NCBI GenBank assembly: GCA_943324745.2
Contig: CALPMT020000008.1
Coordinates: forward strand, 27,715-91,714
DNA length: 64,000 nucleotides
From: Chitinophaga pinensis
Lineage (GTDB): Bacteria; Bacteroidota; Bacteroidia; Flavobacteriales_D; Crocinitomicaceae
Direction: 5' to 3'
Under the pieces are notes generated by a model. That model saw only the letters and a program-made list of their open reading frames with translations. It did no database searches and was not told where the DNA came from. Below, piece after piece: positions 13,941 to 24,053 of the stretch. How positions within the stretch are numbered: the stretch's first letter is position 1; the number at the start of each line of letters is the position of its first letter. Both the position numbers and the translations under genes were made by a program.

Positions 13941-15197
13941 ATGCAGAAAAAACATATCCTTTTTGTTTCCTATGATGGGATGACCGATTCTTTGGGGCAA
14001 TCGCAAGTGTTGCCGTATATCCGTGAAATTTCAAAAAAAGACTATCGATATACCCTGATTAGTTTTGAAAAAGAAGCGCGTTACCAACAACATCATACGA
14101 CGATTGAAAAAATATGTGCTGCTGCAGAAATTGACTGGATTCCGATATCCTATGCTGGAAGTATTCCAATTATATCCACCATTTGGAATGTATATCGTTT
14201 AAAGAAAGCGGTCTTTAAATTACATAAACGTCGTCCGATTGATTTATTTCACAGCCGTAGTCATGTTCCATCATTAGCTGCACATGCTCTATTTCAGAAG
14301 AAGAATGTACCATTTTTGTTTGATATGCGCGGTTTTTGGGCAGATGAAAGAGTGGATGGTAAAGTGTGGGATTTAGCGAACCCTATATTCAAAAAGGTGT
14401 ATACTTTTTTTAAGCGTAAAGAAATTGAATTTCTCATCGATGCGGGTGCGGTTATTTCCTTGACTGAGAATGGAAAAGATGAAATTTTATCCTGGCAAAC
14501 AAAACAAACTACGCCTCTAGCATTGCGCGATAAACAATTAGATATTTCGGTAATTCCCTGTTGTGTGGATACAGAACTTTTTAACCCAGAGAAAATTAAG
14601 ATTGATCAACAATCGGAGTTAAGATCCAATTTAAAAATTCAAGCAGATCAATTTGTGCTTGGATATGTTGGCTCCATCGGAACTTGGTATATGTTACCCG
14701 AAATGCTTGATTTCTTTCAAGTATTAGAAAAATCGAATCCAACTGCTATCTTTTTATTTATTAGTAATGAAGGAGATAAGGTGAAAGAACTCGCTGCGCA
14801 AAAAGGAATTTCGCAAGATAAAATTCGAGTTGTTGCTTGTTTGCATAGTCAGGTAGCAAGTTATATTTCGCTATTTACCGCTTCTATTTATTTTATTATT
14901 CCTGCCTATTCTAAAAAAGCGTCGTCACCAACAAAACAAGCAGAGTTAATGTCTATGGGAATTCCTGTAATTTGTAACGCAGGGGTGGGCGACTCCGACC
15001 TCATCGTTCAAAAACACCATGCAGGTTGGGTCGTAGAAGATTTTACATCTGAAAATTACCAAAAGGTAATTGCTCAAATAACGAAAAGTGATTTCTCTGA
15101 ATTTGAACATTTATCACAAAGTTGCAAAGCGATTTTTCAATTAGAAAAGGGTGCTGAGATTTTTGAAGAAACGTATCGAAGAGTTATAAATTCTTAG
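13941..15197 (+). CDS. Glycosyltransferase family 4 (GT-B)
   Basis: HILFVSYDGMTDSLGQSQVLPY N-terminus; C-terminal E-x7-E-like region PTKQAELMSMGIPVICN. Confidence 0.75.
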   Translation: MQKKHILFVSYDGMTDSLGQSQVLPYIREISKKDYRYTLISFEKEARYQQHHTTIEKICAAAEIDWIPISYAGSIPIISTIWNVYRLKKAVFKLHKRRPIDLFHSRSHVPSLAAHALFQKKNVPFLFDMRGFWADERVDGKVWDLANPIFKKVYTFFKRKEIEFLIDAGAVISLTENGKDEILSWQTKQTTPLALRDKQLDISVIPCCVDTELFNPEKIKIDQQSELRSNLKIQADQFVLGYVGSIGTWYMLPEMLDFFQVLEKSNPTAIFLFISNEGDKVKELAAQKGISQDKIRVVACLHSQVASYISLFTASIYFIIPAYSKKASSPTKQAELMSMGIPVICNAGVGDSDLIVQKHHAGWVVEDFTSENYQKVIAQITKSDFSEFEHLSQSCKAIFQLEKGAEIFEETYRRVINS

Positions 15198-16122
15198 TCT
15201 TTAAGATTTTTCTTGTTTTTTTGAACAAATAACCTAGTACAGGAATTTGATCCATAAAAATAACAAACATTGTTCTATTTGCATTTTTATTATAACCTTC
15301 TATACACAAAAAGTAAGCCTTCAATATAAGATAATGAATCAAAAAGGGTTTGAATTTTAAACTGTAAGAAATAGAAAGCTTGTAATAACACATACTTAAC
15401 AATCTATTTTTACTTTTTGAAGGTAATACCGTTTTCAATTCCTCCTTATCAAAAACATATCGAAACATTTTTAATTCTCGTTCAAACCTTTGATGAGAAT
15501 CCATGGAATAAGATGCATCATGTATATTGTAAAGTATTGTTCGTTCTGTAATTTGGAATACTGGGTAGCTAGTTGCAATGCGTAACCAAAGATCTAAATC
15601 TTCCAAACCTGGAATTTTCTCATCGTATTGATATTCATTTAAAATAGAACGATGAACTGCAACTCGAGCGGGATTGAAAGTATAAGTCAAGATATAATGA
15701 AATAAATTATAATTTTCTAAATCTGGACATACTCTTTCTTTTCTATCTGTAAAATTAAAAGTTTCAAAGGCATTTGTAAAGTAGAGACCTTTTGTGTTTT
15801 TACGTTGAATTTCTGTATATATCGTTTGTAAATGATTTTCTAAATATGCGTCATCGCTATCCAAAAAACACACGTAGTCACCTTTTGAAGCGTTAATTCC
15901 TCTGTTTCTAGCAAAACATCTTTCTTTGTCAACTTCATTTCGAAGGTAGGTAATTCTAGAATCATTATACGACTTCACAACTTCTTCCGTATTATCTTCG
16001 GAAGCATTATCAACGATTATTAATTCGAAATCAACGAAAGTTTGATTTAGTATACTATCAATAGGAGTCGTAATTAAATTGGCTCTATTTTTAGTTGAAA
16101 TAACAATGGAAAAAAAAGGCAT
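15184..16122 (-). CDS. Glycosyltransferase family 2
   Basis: FFSIVISTKNR...LIIVDNASEDNT...FLDSDD. Confidence 0.85.
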   Translation of the reverse strand: MPFFSIVISTKNRANLITTPIDSILNQTFVDFELIIVDNASEDNTEEVVKSYNDSRITYLRNEVDKERCFARNRGINASKGDYVCFLDSDDAYLENHLQTIYTEIQRKNTKGLYFTNAFETFNFTDRKERVCPDLENYNLFHYILTYTFNPARVAVHRSILNEYQYDEKIPGLEDLDLWLRIATSYPVFQITERTILYNIHDASYSMDSHQRFERELKMFRYVFDKEELKTVLPSKSKNRLLSMCYYKLSISYSLKFKPFLIHYLILKAYFLCIEGYNKNANRTMFVIFMDQIPVLGYLFKKTRKILKTKNL

Positions 16123-16124
16123 AG

Positions 16125-17186
16125 TTAGATGGTTATTTCTGAAGTATAGGCATGAATCTGAGAAATAGTTATTTGTTTGGCGTCTTTATTATTCTTAAAA
16201 TCAACATACCAATCAACCGTTTTTTGAATCAATTTCTCTTGATTCCATTGTAATTTCCAATCTAATTTTGAAAATGCTAAATCAACGTTTAATTTTAGAT
16301 AATTTGCTTCGTGATACAATTTTTCACCAATATTTTCATAACTCCCTTTTCCATAATTAGCAATCATTTGTTGTACTAATTCTTCAACAGTTGTCACATC
16401 ATTTTCAGAAGGTCCAAAATTCCACGCAGGTATAGTATCTTTAGAATTAAAACTAAAATTAGCAACTTTTAAATAGGCATAACTGGCATCAAGTACGTGT
16501 TGCCATGGTCTTACCGCGGATGGATCTCTTAACAAGATAGTTTTATTGTTTTCGATAGAATTAATACAATCCACAACAATTCTGTCTTTTGACCAATCTC
16601 CTCCGCCCAAAATATTACCAGCTCGTACAGAAACAATTTTTGTTGAATTATCTTGAGAAAAGAAAGATTTTCGATAAGAACTGATAACGAGCTCTGCACA
16701 CGCTTTACTTGCGCTGTATGGGTCATCTCCACCCATTGCATCCGATTCTACAAAACCAAATTTCTTCTCTTCGTTTTTGTAACATTTATCACTTGTTACC
16801 AAAACAGCAACTTTTACGGAGTCAACAGATCGAATTGCCTCGAGTACATTTGCAGTTCCAATAACATTCGTTTGAAAAGTTTCGATTGGGTTTTCATAGG
16901 ATGTTTTTACGATGGCTTGCGCTGCTAAATGAAAAACTATCTCAGGCTGATGTTTGACAAAAACTTCTTTTAAATCATCAACATTATTTATATTGTAAGG
17001 ATAATGGTTGATTTGATTTTTCAAGTCCAACTCTTCAAATAATTTTGTATTATCAGTATCTTCAAGTGCATAGCCTATCACATCTGCTCCTAGTAATAGC
17101 AACCATTGAACCAACCAAGCTCCTTTAAAGCCAGTATGACCTGTTACAAGAACTTTTTTACCTTTATAAAACTTTAAATCGTTCAT
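16125..17186 (-). CDS. rfbG: CDP-glucose 4,6-dehydratase
   Basis: FYKGKKVLVTGHTGFKGAWLVQWLLLLGADVIGYAL N-terminus typical of RfbG/DdhB; YSASK catalytic motif; 353 aa. Confidence 0.85.
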   Translation of the reverse strand: MNDLKFYKGKKVLVTGHTGFKGAWLVQWLLLLGADVIGYALEDTDNTKLFEELDLKNQINHYPYNINNVDDLKEVFVKHQPEIVFHLAAQAIVKTSYENPIETFQTNVIGTANVLEAIRSVDSVKVAVLVTSDKCYKNEEKKFGFVESDAMGGDDPYSASKACAELVISSYRKSFFSQDNSTKIVSVRAGNILGGGDWSKDRIVVDCINSIENNKTILLRDPSAVRPWQHVLDASYAYLKVANFSFNSKDTIPAWNFGPSENDVTTVEELVQQMIANYGKGSYENIGEKLYHEANYLKLNVDLAFSKLDWKLQWNQEKLIQKTVDWYVDFKNNKDAKQITISQIHAYTSEITI

Positions 17187-17192
17187 TTAACT

Positions 17193-18050
17193 TTATTTCA
17201 TTGATAAAATTCCTTCATTTAACTTTATTTCTGCTTTCCAAAACGAATTCAAATGGACAGGGGCAACGTTTATTAATTTTTCATTAGTACGATATGGAAT
17301 ACCTCCCCAAGTTATATTTGGTTTTACACCCATTTCATTCTCAACTATAACAGCTAATTGCCTGAGAGATGTAGATATACCAGTTCCAACATGAATACGT
17401 GAGAAAGATTCGAATCCATCCATCGAATCGATACAAAAACCACATAATTTAATTACATCATCCACATGAATGAAATCTAGTTGTTGATTTCCTGGCGACA
17501 TTAATAAAGGCTCAGTAGATTCAATAGAATCAATTACATAATTAATTGCTCTTTTTGTTGTATCTCCCTTACCATAAACAGCATAAAGAACTAAATCTAC
17601 AACTTTAAACCTAGATTTTGAATGAAAATAGTTTAAGACCTCAGTAAAAGCTAATTTAGTTGATGCATAAAAATTAGTTGCGTGTTTTTCATTTTCCAGA
17701 AAAGATAAACTAGACGAAAAATTCACAAAAAGTTTCATGTTTGAATTGGATAATCCTTGTAAAAGAAGCGTCCCAAATTGGATATTGTCTTCAATTAACT
17801 GTTGACAAACTTCCGATGTTTCGTTAAAACTTGAATTTCCAGCAAGATGAAAAACAACATCCACCTTTAAACTTTTTAGTTCATCTGAAAAACTAGAAGA
17901 ATTAGTCGATAAATACTTAACCGAATTACCAAACGTATTTCTAGCTTTCGCTTCATCTCTTACTACAACTGTTACAACATGATTCGAACAGAGAGATTTT
18001 GTCAAATACTTCCCTATAAATCCTGTTGCACCTGTAATAAGAATATTCAT
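17193..18050 (-). CDS. NAD(P)-dependent SDR epimerase/reductase, likely acting on CDP-4-keto-6-deoxyhexose
   Basis: ILITGATGFIGKYL Rossmann motif and YASTK; lies between rfbG and rfbF. Confidence 0.7.
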   Translation of the reverse strand: MNILITGATGFIGKYLTKSLCSNHVVTVVVRDEAKARNTFGNSVKYLSTNSSSFSDELKSLKVDVVFHLAGNSSFNETSEVCQQLIEDNIQFGTLLLQGLSNSNMKLFVNFSSSLSFLENEKHATNFYASTKLAFTEVLNYFHSKSRFKVVDLVLYAVYGKGDTTKRAINYVIDSIESTEPLLMSPGNQQLDFIHVDDVIKLCGFCIDSMDGFESFSRIHVGTGISTSLRQLAVIVENEMGVKPNITWGGIPYRTNEKLINVAPVHLNSFWKAEIKLNEGILSMK

Positions 18051-18062
18051 ACTAAAAATTGA

Positions 18063-18833
18063 TTACCATACTTTCCAAGCAGCTGTACTTGTATTCCAAT
18101 ATTCTTCTAACACATTCTTATCATTTAATGAATCCATGGCTCTCCAAAATCCATCATGTTTAAATGCATTCAATTCTCCTTCTTGGGTTAATTTTTCAAG
18201 AGGCTCTTTTTCAAAAACAGTTGAATCTCCTTCAATATAATCAAATACGCTAGGTTCTAACACGAAAAATCCACCATTAATCCATGAAACATCCTCTTTG
18301 TCTTTTTCCTTGAAAGAGGTAATCTGACCATTATCGGTAATATCAATAACACCAAATCTACCGAAAGGTTTTGTCGCTGTCAAAGTAGCTTTTTTGCCAT
18401 GGGATTTATGAAATTTAAGTAAATCACTAATATTTATATCTCCAACACCATCGCCGTAGGTCAAAAAGAAAGTTTCATTCCCGACATATTCTTGAATACG
18501 TTTAATTCTGCCTCCTGTCATTGTCAATTCACCTGTATTTATCAAGGAAACATTCCAATTTTCAGAATTTGAATTATGGAAGGTCAAATCATTCGTAGAA
18601 GTATTTATAGTAACGTCACTTTCATGTAACAAATAATTTGCAAAATACTCTTTAATAACATGCCCTTTATACCCACAACAAATCACAAAATCATTGAAAC
18701 CATAAGAAGAATATATTTTCATAATATGCCATAGTATAGGCTTATCACCTATCAATACCATTGGCTTTGGTTTAAAGACAGTTTCTTCACTAATTCGAGT
18801 ACCTAAGCCTCCTGCTAAAATTACAACTTTCAT
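18063..18833 (-). CDS. rfbF: Glucose-1-phosphate cytidylyltransferase
   Basis: MKVVILAGGLGTRISEETVFKPKPMVLIGDKPILWHIMKIYSSYGFNDFVICCGYKG; 256 aa. Confidence 0.9.
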   Translation of the reverse strand: MKVVILAGGLGTRISEETVFKPKPMVLIGDKPILWHIMKIYSSYGFNDFVICCGYKGHVIKEYFANYLLHESDVTINTSTNDLTFHNSNSENWNVSLINTGELTMTGGRIKRIQEYVGNETFFLTYGDGVGDINISDLLKFHKSHGKKATLTATKPFGRFGVIDITDNGQITSFKEKDKEDVSWINGGFFVLEPSVFDYIEGDSTVFEKEPLEKLTQEGELNAFKHDGFWRAMDSLNDKNVLEEYWNTSTAAWKVW

Positions 18834-18866
18834 AATCTACAAAATTAACTTTTTGTATTAATTAAT

Positions 18867-19868
18867 TTAAACATCTATGGAGTTATCTCTAAATGACAAT
18901 AGCTGATTCACATAACCATCATATTTTGCACGATAATGTATGAGCATCTTTATATTACTTCGATTACGTTTAATTTCACCTATAAAATAGTGCTTGTTAA
19001 ACTTAAAATTCTTGAAGTAATTCACGAATATATACAGTAATTCTTTGACCCAAAATTTGTCAACCCTAGAATTAGGCATCGTAAGCACACGATAATATAA
19101 GGAAGCAAACAAGGTGCATTGTGTCTTTCGCGCTTTAATAGACGTGTAATAGTCCGTTGATAATTTATACGACTCTATATGATGTACAAATTGTAGGTCC
19201 GCATGATAATGTACGTCATACCCTTGGTACTTAATAGCCCAACACAACTCACCATCTTCACCACCATTCGACATGTCGCGCATACGGGGATTATCTCTTA
19301 CATAGTTAAAAATAAATCGAAATCCATTTTTTACCGCTCGATCATATGCGGATTTACGAAAGCATAATCCTGCTCCATAAACCACATTACGTTCTGGCTG
19401 TACATTGCCTGTTTTTGTAGCTTGCGCCCCACATGCATAATTGTATTTTACTGCCTCAAACCAGTTTGGCAATTCAACCGAAGCCTGTGGAATTCCATGT
19501 CCTCCTAATACACCTACCGTTGGATGTTGCTCCATATAGTTACATCCAATTTGCAAATAGTTAGAAGCTAATTCATTATCGTCATCACAAATTACTACAT
19601 ATTTTCCACGAACTGCGGTAAGACCTTGCAATAGTGCGGAAACTTTACCTGATTTTTTTTCGGTAAATGTGTGTAGAGCAAATGGTGCATGGTACGTTTT
19701 CCACAGTGACTGAACCAACCCTTCCATATTCTCTGTAGAACCATTGTCTACAAAAATGAGTTCAACACCTTGTAATTCGGATATATCCAAGGAGGCAATA
19801 GCTCGAATAGAACCTGCTATGTTCGATTGACCGTTATAACTGCACATGAGTATGGAAACATCCAGCAT
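18867..19868 (-). CDS. Glycosyltransferase family 2
   Basis: VSILMCSYNG...LIFVDNGSTEN...VVICDDDN. Confidence 0.8.
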   Translation of the reverse strand: MLDVSILMCSYNGQSNIAGSIRAIASLDISELQGVELIFVDNGSTENMEGLVQSLWKTYHAPFALHTFTEKKSGKVSALLQGLTAVRGKYVVICDDDNELASNYLQIGCNYMEQHPTVGVLGGHGIPQASVELPNWFEAVKYNYACGAQATKTGNVQPERNVVYGAGLCFRKSAYDRAVKNGFRFIFNYVRDNPRMRDMSNGGEDGELCWAIKYQGYDVHYHADLQFVHHIESYKLSTDYYTSIKARKTQCTLFASLYYRVLTMPNSRVDKFWVKELLYIFVNYFKNFKFNKHYFIGEIKRNRSNIKMLIHYRAKYDGYVNQLLSFRDNSIDV

Positions 19869-19870
19869 AC

Positions 19871-20698
19871 CTATTTTATTTTTGTTTTCAATTTCGAAAC
19901 CTCAAAATTAATTTTATCCTGTAAAACACGAAAAAAATAGTGCACACGAGGGTACTGTTTTTTTTTCATTAGATATAGCCACACCTGTAATTGAACATAA
20001 TAAGATGTCTTTTTTATATAGCTAGACAATAACGCATGTTTACGAATTTCAAGTTGCTTAGTGCTTTGATCTGAAAAAGTTTTACTGTTAGGTAACATGC
20101 GAAAATTACCCCAGATACGATCCACATAGGTAATTTTATACTGTAGTACCGTTTGAATTATAAACTCCAAATCCATATTGTAATGGTTCTTTTCGTTATA
20201 AAACCCTACTTTTTCATGGATGGATTTACTGTAAAAATAAGCGGTAGGATTCACAGGAAAATGATAACCGCTCAACACATGGTGTTTTTCTATGGGAGTT
20301 GGTTTATTTATATAGATTAGTTCTCCTTGTGCATCCCAAACATTACAATTTCCAGTTATGAAATTAATGGAAGCATCCGCGTGCAAAAGGCCTACAACTT
20401 CATTTAAAACCCCTTCTGAATAATAGTCGTCCACATTCAAAAAACTAACAAATTCACCGTTAGCTAATCGCAATCCTTTATTCATGGCATCCGATTGACC
20501 AGCATCTTTTTCAGAAACATAACGAATATTGGAAAATCGCCTTGCATAGTCTTGAATGATCGAAAGTGTTCCATCTGTACTAGCACCGTCCATCACCAAC
20601 AATTCTGCATCCGGACAAGACTGTGCTACAAAATTATCCATCGCTTGAGCGATAAATGCTTTGTTATTGAGTACGACAAGTAGTATGCTTAATTTCAT
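19871..20698 (-). CDS. Glycosyltransferase family 2
   Basis: LSILLVVLNN...LLVMDGASTDGT...GQSDAMNKG...FLNVDD. Confidence 0.85.
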   Translation of the reverse strand: MKLSILLVVLNNKAFIAQAMDNFVAQSCPDAELLVMDGASTDGTLSIIQDYARRFSNIRYVSEKDAGQSDAMNKGLRLANGEFVSFLNVDDYYSEGVLNEVVGLLHADASINFITGNCNVWDAQGELIYINKPTPIEKHHVLSGYHFPVNPTAYFYSKSIHEKVGFYNEKNHYNMDLEFIIQTVLQYKITYVDRIWGNFRMLPNSKTFSDQSTKQLEIRKHALLSSYIKKTSYYVQLQVWLYLMKKKQYPRVHYFFRVLQDKINFEVSKLKTKIK

Positions 20699-22033
20699 TT
20701 ATTTCGAATTCAAAAGCGAACGATAAAGTGCCTGATAATTTTCCAACATCAGCGATAAACTGTATTTTTCTAAAACGGTTTCGCGAGATTTATGCATTAT
20801 TTCTAGAAATTTAGGTGTGTCTCGTAGTTCAAAAACGTGTTGCAACACATTTTCATACTTAGAAACCTCTGAATATCCTTCAACCAAAAATCCATTTTTA
20901 TTGTCTTGAATAATCTCCGGAATTCCTGCGATAGCCGAAGCAATCACTGGTAATCCACAAGCCATCGCTTCCAAAACAACTAATGGAAAATTATCCGCAT
21001 TAGTAGGATAAAATAACACATCACAAGCAGCATACAATTTCGCTAATTCTCTTTCATCCGAAATATACGGAAACTCCAGATGATGTGGATGGACAGATTT
21101 ATGTTCAGCGCCAATCGTAATAAAACAAATAGACTCATTTGTGGTCTTTCGAATCACCTCACGTACAATCTCCCCACCTTTAAATGGATTATCAGTGGAG
21201 AATTCAGCAACAAACAACACTAAAAACTTGTCCTTAGGCAGATGTAACTCCTCTCTTAATTGATTTTTATCCCCTGGTACAAATATATCTGTATCGATTC
21301 CATTGTTTATGACACGTATGTCTGTCAAATTAGGATAACTAAGCTTAACACGATCTGCTAACCATTGAGAAGGAGAAACAATAATTGGATTCAATTGGTT
21401 TATCCATTTTTTCTTCCAATACAATAATTCCTTGGTCGTATCTTTTTGTATCGCTGGATACACCTCCAAACTAGGGCAAGATCCACACCCTACTTTCCAA
21501 CGTGCACATTGCATAGTAAAGGAACAATGTCCTGTGATAGCATGATCATCATGCAAAGTCCAAACCACTTTTTTCCCTTTACCTAAAACTGGTAATAGTG
21601 CATACGAAAAATAATAGCCATGTAAATTATGAAAATGAACAATACTCGCCTTTTTAAATAAGTTGTTTTTTCGTAATTGTAGGGCACCCAACTTCGAAAA
21701 ATCCAACCACCCGCCTTCTTTCTCGTGGTGATTTAATACAGAAGTTAGTGCATTCTCCCTCATTGCTGGAAGCGCATAAATCCAAGCTTCTTTTCTTTTT
21801 TTAATCCCGACAAAAAAAGAGCTTTGAAAAAAGTTACGTGAATTATTGGCAATTTGATATGCTATTTTGGACGCTCCTCCTGATTGGTCGTGAGTGTTGA
21901 TTGTGATGATTGACTCATTCCTTTCTCGATAAAAAACTGGTAAATAAGACAATAACGCGAGTAATCTCGGGAAATCTTCAGGTCGAATTCGATATATAAT
22001 CTTTGAAAATAATTTTTGAAAAAAGACTTTCAT
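20699..22033 (-). CDS. Glycosyltransferase family 4
   Basis: NFPLVVLEAMACGLPVIASAIAGIPEIIQDNKNGFLVE. Confidence 0.85.
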   Translation of the reverse strand: MKVFFQKLFSKIIYRIRPEDFPRLLALLSYLPVFYRERNESIITINTHDQSGGASKIAYQIANNSRNFFQSSFFVGIKKRKEAWIYALPAMRENALTSVLNHHEKEGGWLDFSKLGALQLRKNNLFKKASIVHFHNLHGYYFSYALLPVLGKGKKVVWTLHDDHAITGHCSFTMQCARWKVGCGSCPSLEVYPAIQKDTTKELLYWKKKWINQLNPIIVSPSQWLADRVKLSYPNLTDIRVINNGIDTDIFVPGDKNQLREELHLPKDKFLVLFVAEFSTDNPFKGGEIVREVIRKTTNESICFITIGAEHKSVHPHHLEFPYISDERELAKLYAACDVLFYPTNADNFPLVVLEAMACGLPVIASAIAGIPEIIQDNKNGFLVEGYSEVSKYENVLQHVFELRDTPKFLEIMHKSRETVLEKYSLSLMLENYQALYRSLLNSK

Positions 22034-22131
22034 TCAGTGGATGCAATATGACTTAATACAGTTTTTGTAATATTAATAAAAAAATGTAAGTATACAACGT
22101 GAAGATTATTCTTGATTTAAGTTTAAAGTCC

Positions 22132-22139
22132 TATTTTTG
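22132..22139 (+). promoter_or_regulatory. Bacteroidota -7 box candidate (TATTTTTG)
   Basis: TAnnTTTG match 15 nt upstream of ATG 22154 in the divergent intergenic region. Confidence 0.4.
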
Positions 22140-22153
22140 CACAAATTCAATTG

Positions 22154-23431
22154 ATGAAATCTGTTCTTATATTAGCTAACGACTTTCCTCCCAAAAACTC
22201 TGTTGGTGCTGAAAGGCCATATAGTTGGTATAAATATTTTAAAAAACAAGGTGTCAAACCAATAGTCATCACTAAAAACTGGAATATAGATTTTTTAAAT
22301 AACATAAATGATTTTGAACTAGATTTTACCGAAATATTTCAAGCACCTATTTCAAATGATCGATCATCTAAATTATTAAGAAAATATGGCAAAGAAAAAT
22401 TTTCATTTCTAAGGAAAATTTTCACGGTATTCTATCATTATTGTCAGTATTTTCTCCCTGTCGGTATACATTATTCTCTATACCAAGAAGCTAATCAATA
22501 TTTAAACAATAACAAGGTAGATTTTATTATTGCTACTGGAGAACCCTTTATATTATTTAAATACGCATCAAAACTATCAAGAAAACATAATGTAAATTGG
22601 CTCGCAGACTACCGAGATGACTGGATACAGAATCATGGCAGGACCTATAATAACAATATTTTCACAAAAGCTTTCATGCTTTATGATCGTTTTTGGGAGA
22701 AAAAATATTTAAAAAATGTTTTTGGGATAACTTCTGTTTCTGACTACTTAGTTAATCAAATTTCCAGAAGAAATTCTGAGATTAAATGTGAAACAATTGA
22801 AAATGGAGTAGATTTAGATGTGTTTAATAATACTATTTCTCCGTTTAAAGCAAATGAATTTTCTATCGTCTATTCAGGAGTTTTATATGATCAAGATTAT
22901 CTATCCGATTTTTCAAAAGGATTTACAAATTTCATTTCAATTTTAAACGCTACTGAAAAGGTGCATGTTTATTTTATAGGTATTGAAGTTTTAGTCAATC
23001 AAGCTACAAAAGCAGTCGAATTGCTTAAACTAAAATTTCCAAATAATGTACATGTTTTACCTAAAATGTCCCAAAAAAAAGTTGCAAATTATCAAATAAA
23101 CGCAAATATATTACTGAATTTCATTGCTGGGGATCCATCAAAAGGATTGATTGGAGCAAAATCATATGTTTATGCAGCTACAAAAAAACCAATACTTACA
23201 ATTCCTTCAATAAAAAATTCGAACAGCCCTTTTTTCCCTGGAAGAAAAATACAATATGTAGCAACATCAAGTGTAGATGTTGAAAATTTCATTCGTGAAA
23301 TTTATATAGAATTTTCAAATGGAATCATTAGAAAATCGGATATCACAGAACAAGAAATATTTATGTTATCAAGGGAATTTAATGCAAATAAAATGACTAA
23401 CTTTATTTTTAATTATGCAAATCAAATGTAA
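22154..23431 (+). CDS. Putative GT-B fold glycosyltransferase (GT4-like N-terminus)
   Basis: SVLILANDFPPKNSVGAERPYSW N-terminus. The track start 22151 is TTG, so ATG 22154 is preferred; the C-terminal half is poorly diagnostic. Confidence 0.5.
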   Translation: MKSVLILANDFPPKNSVGAERPYSWYKYFKKQGVKPIVITKNWNIDFLNNINDFELDFTEIFQAPISNDRSSKLLRKYGKEKFSFLRKIFTVFYHYCQYFLPVGIHYSLYQEANQYLNNNKVDFIIATGEPFILFKYASKLSRKHNVNWLADYRDDWIQNHGRTYNNNIFTKAFMLYDRFWEKKYLKNVFGITSVSDYLVNQISRRNSEIKCETIENGVDLDVFNNTISPFKANEFSIVYSGVLYDQDYLSDFSKGFTNFISILNATEKVHVYFIGIEVLVNQATKAVELLKLKFPNNVHVLPKMSQKKVANYQINANILLNFIAGDPSKGLIGAKSYVYAATKKPILTIPSIKNSNSPFFPGRKIQYVATSSVDVENFIREIYIEFSNGIIRKSDITEQEIFMLSREFNANKMTNFIFNYANQM

Positions 23432-24053
23432 ACGTATATTAATACTTGCTCCACATACGGATGATGGAGAATTTGGCTGTGGAGGTACAATTTCAAAATA
23501 TATTGAAGAAGGAGTAGAAGTATTTTACGCAGCATTTTCTGCATGTCAACAATCAGTATTAAAAGAATTTCCTTCAGATATTTTAATAACTGAAGTTAAG
23601 GCTGCAACTAATGTTCTAGGAATCAAAAAAGAAAATCTAATATTATTTGATTACGATGTTAGAACATTTAATTTTCATCGACAGTCTATCCTTGATAATT
23701 TAATCAAATTAAGAACCGAAATTAAACCAGATTTAGTTTTTATGCCTTCTAAAAATGATATTCATCAAGACCATCTAACAATTGCTGAAGAAGGATTACG
23801 AGCTTTTAAATTTTCAAGTATTTTAGCATATGAAATACCTTGGAATAACATTACTTTTAATACAACAGCATTTTTCCATCTTGAAGAAAGACATATACAA
23901 GCAAAAATAAAAGCATTAGAAGAATATAAATCCCAAGCCCACAGGCCTTATGCGAATGAAGAATTTATTAGATCACTTGCTAGAACGAGAGGTGTTCAAG
24001 TTAGTGAGAAATATGCAGAAACATTTGAAGTGCTAAGATTAAACATAGTATAA
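23415..24053 (+). CDS. PIG-L/LmbE family N-acetylglucosaminyl deacetylase
   Basis: ILILAPHTDDGEFGCGGTISKY and PSKNDIHQDH motifs. Confidence 0.8.
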   Translation: MQIKCKRILILAPHTDDGEFGCGGTISKYIEEGVEVFYAAFSACQQSVLKEFPSDILITEVKAATNVLGIKKENLILFDYDVRTFNFHRQSILDNLIKLRTEIKPDLVFMPSKNDIHQDHLTIAEEGLRAFKFSSILAYEIPWNNITFNTTAFFHLEERHIQAKIKALEEYKSQAHRPYANEEFIRSLARTRGVQVSEKYAETFEVLRLNIV

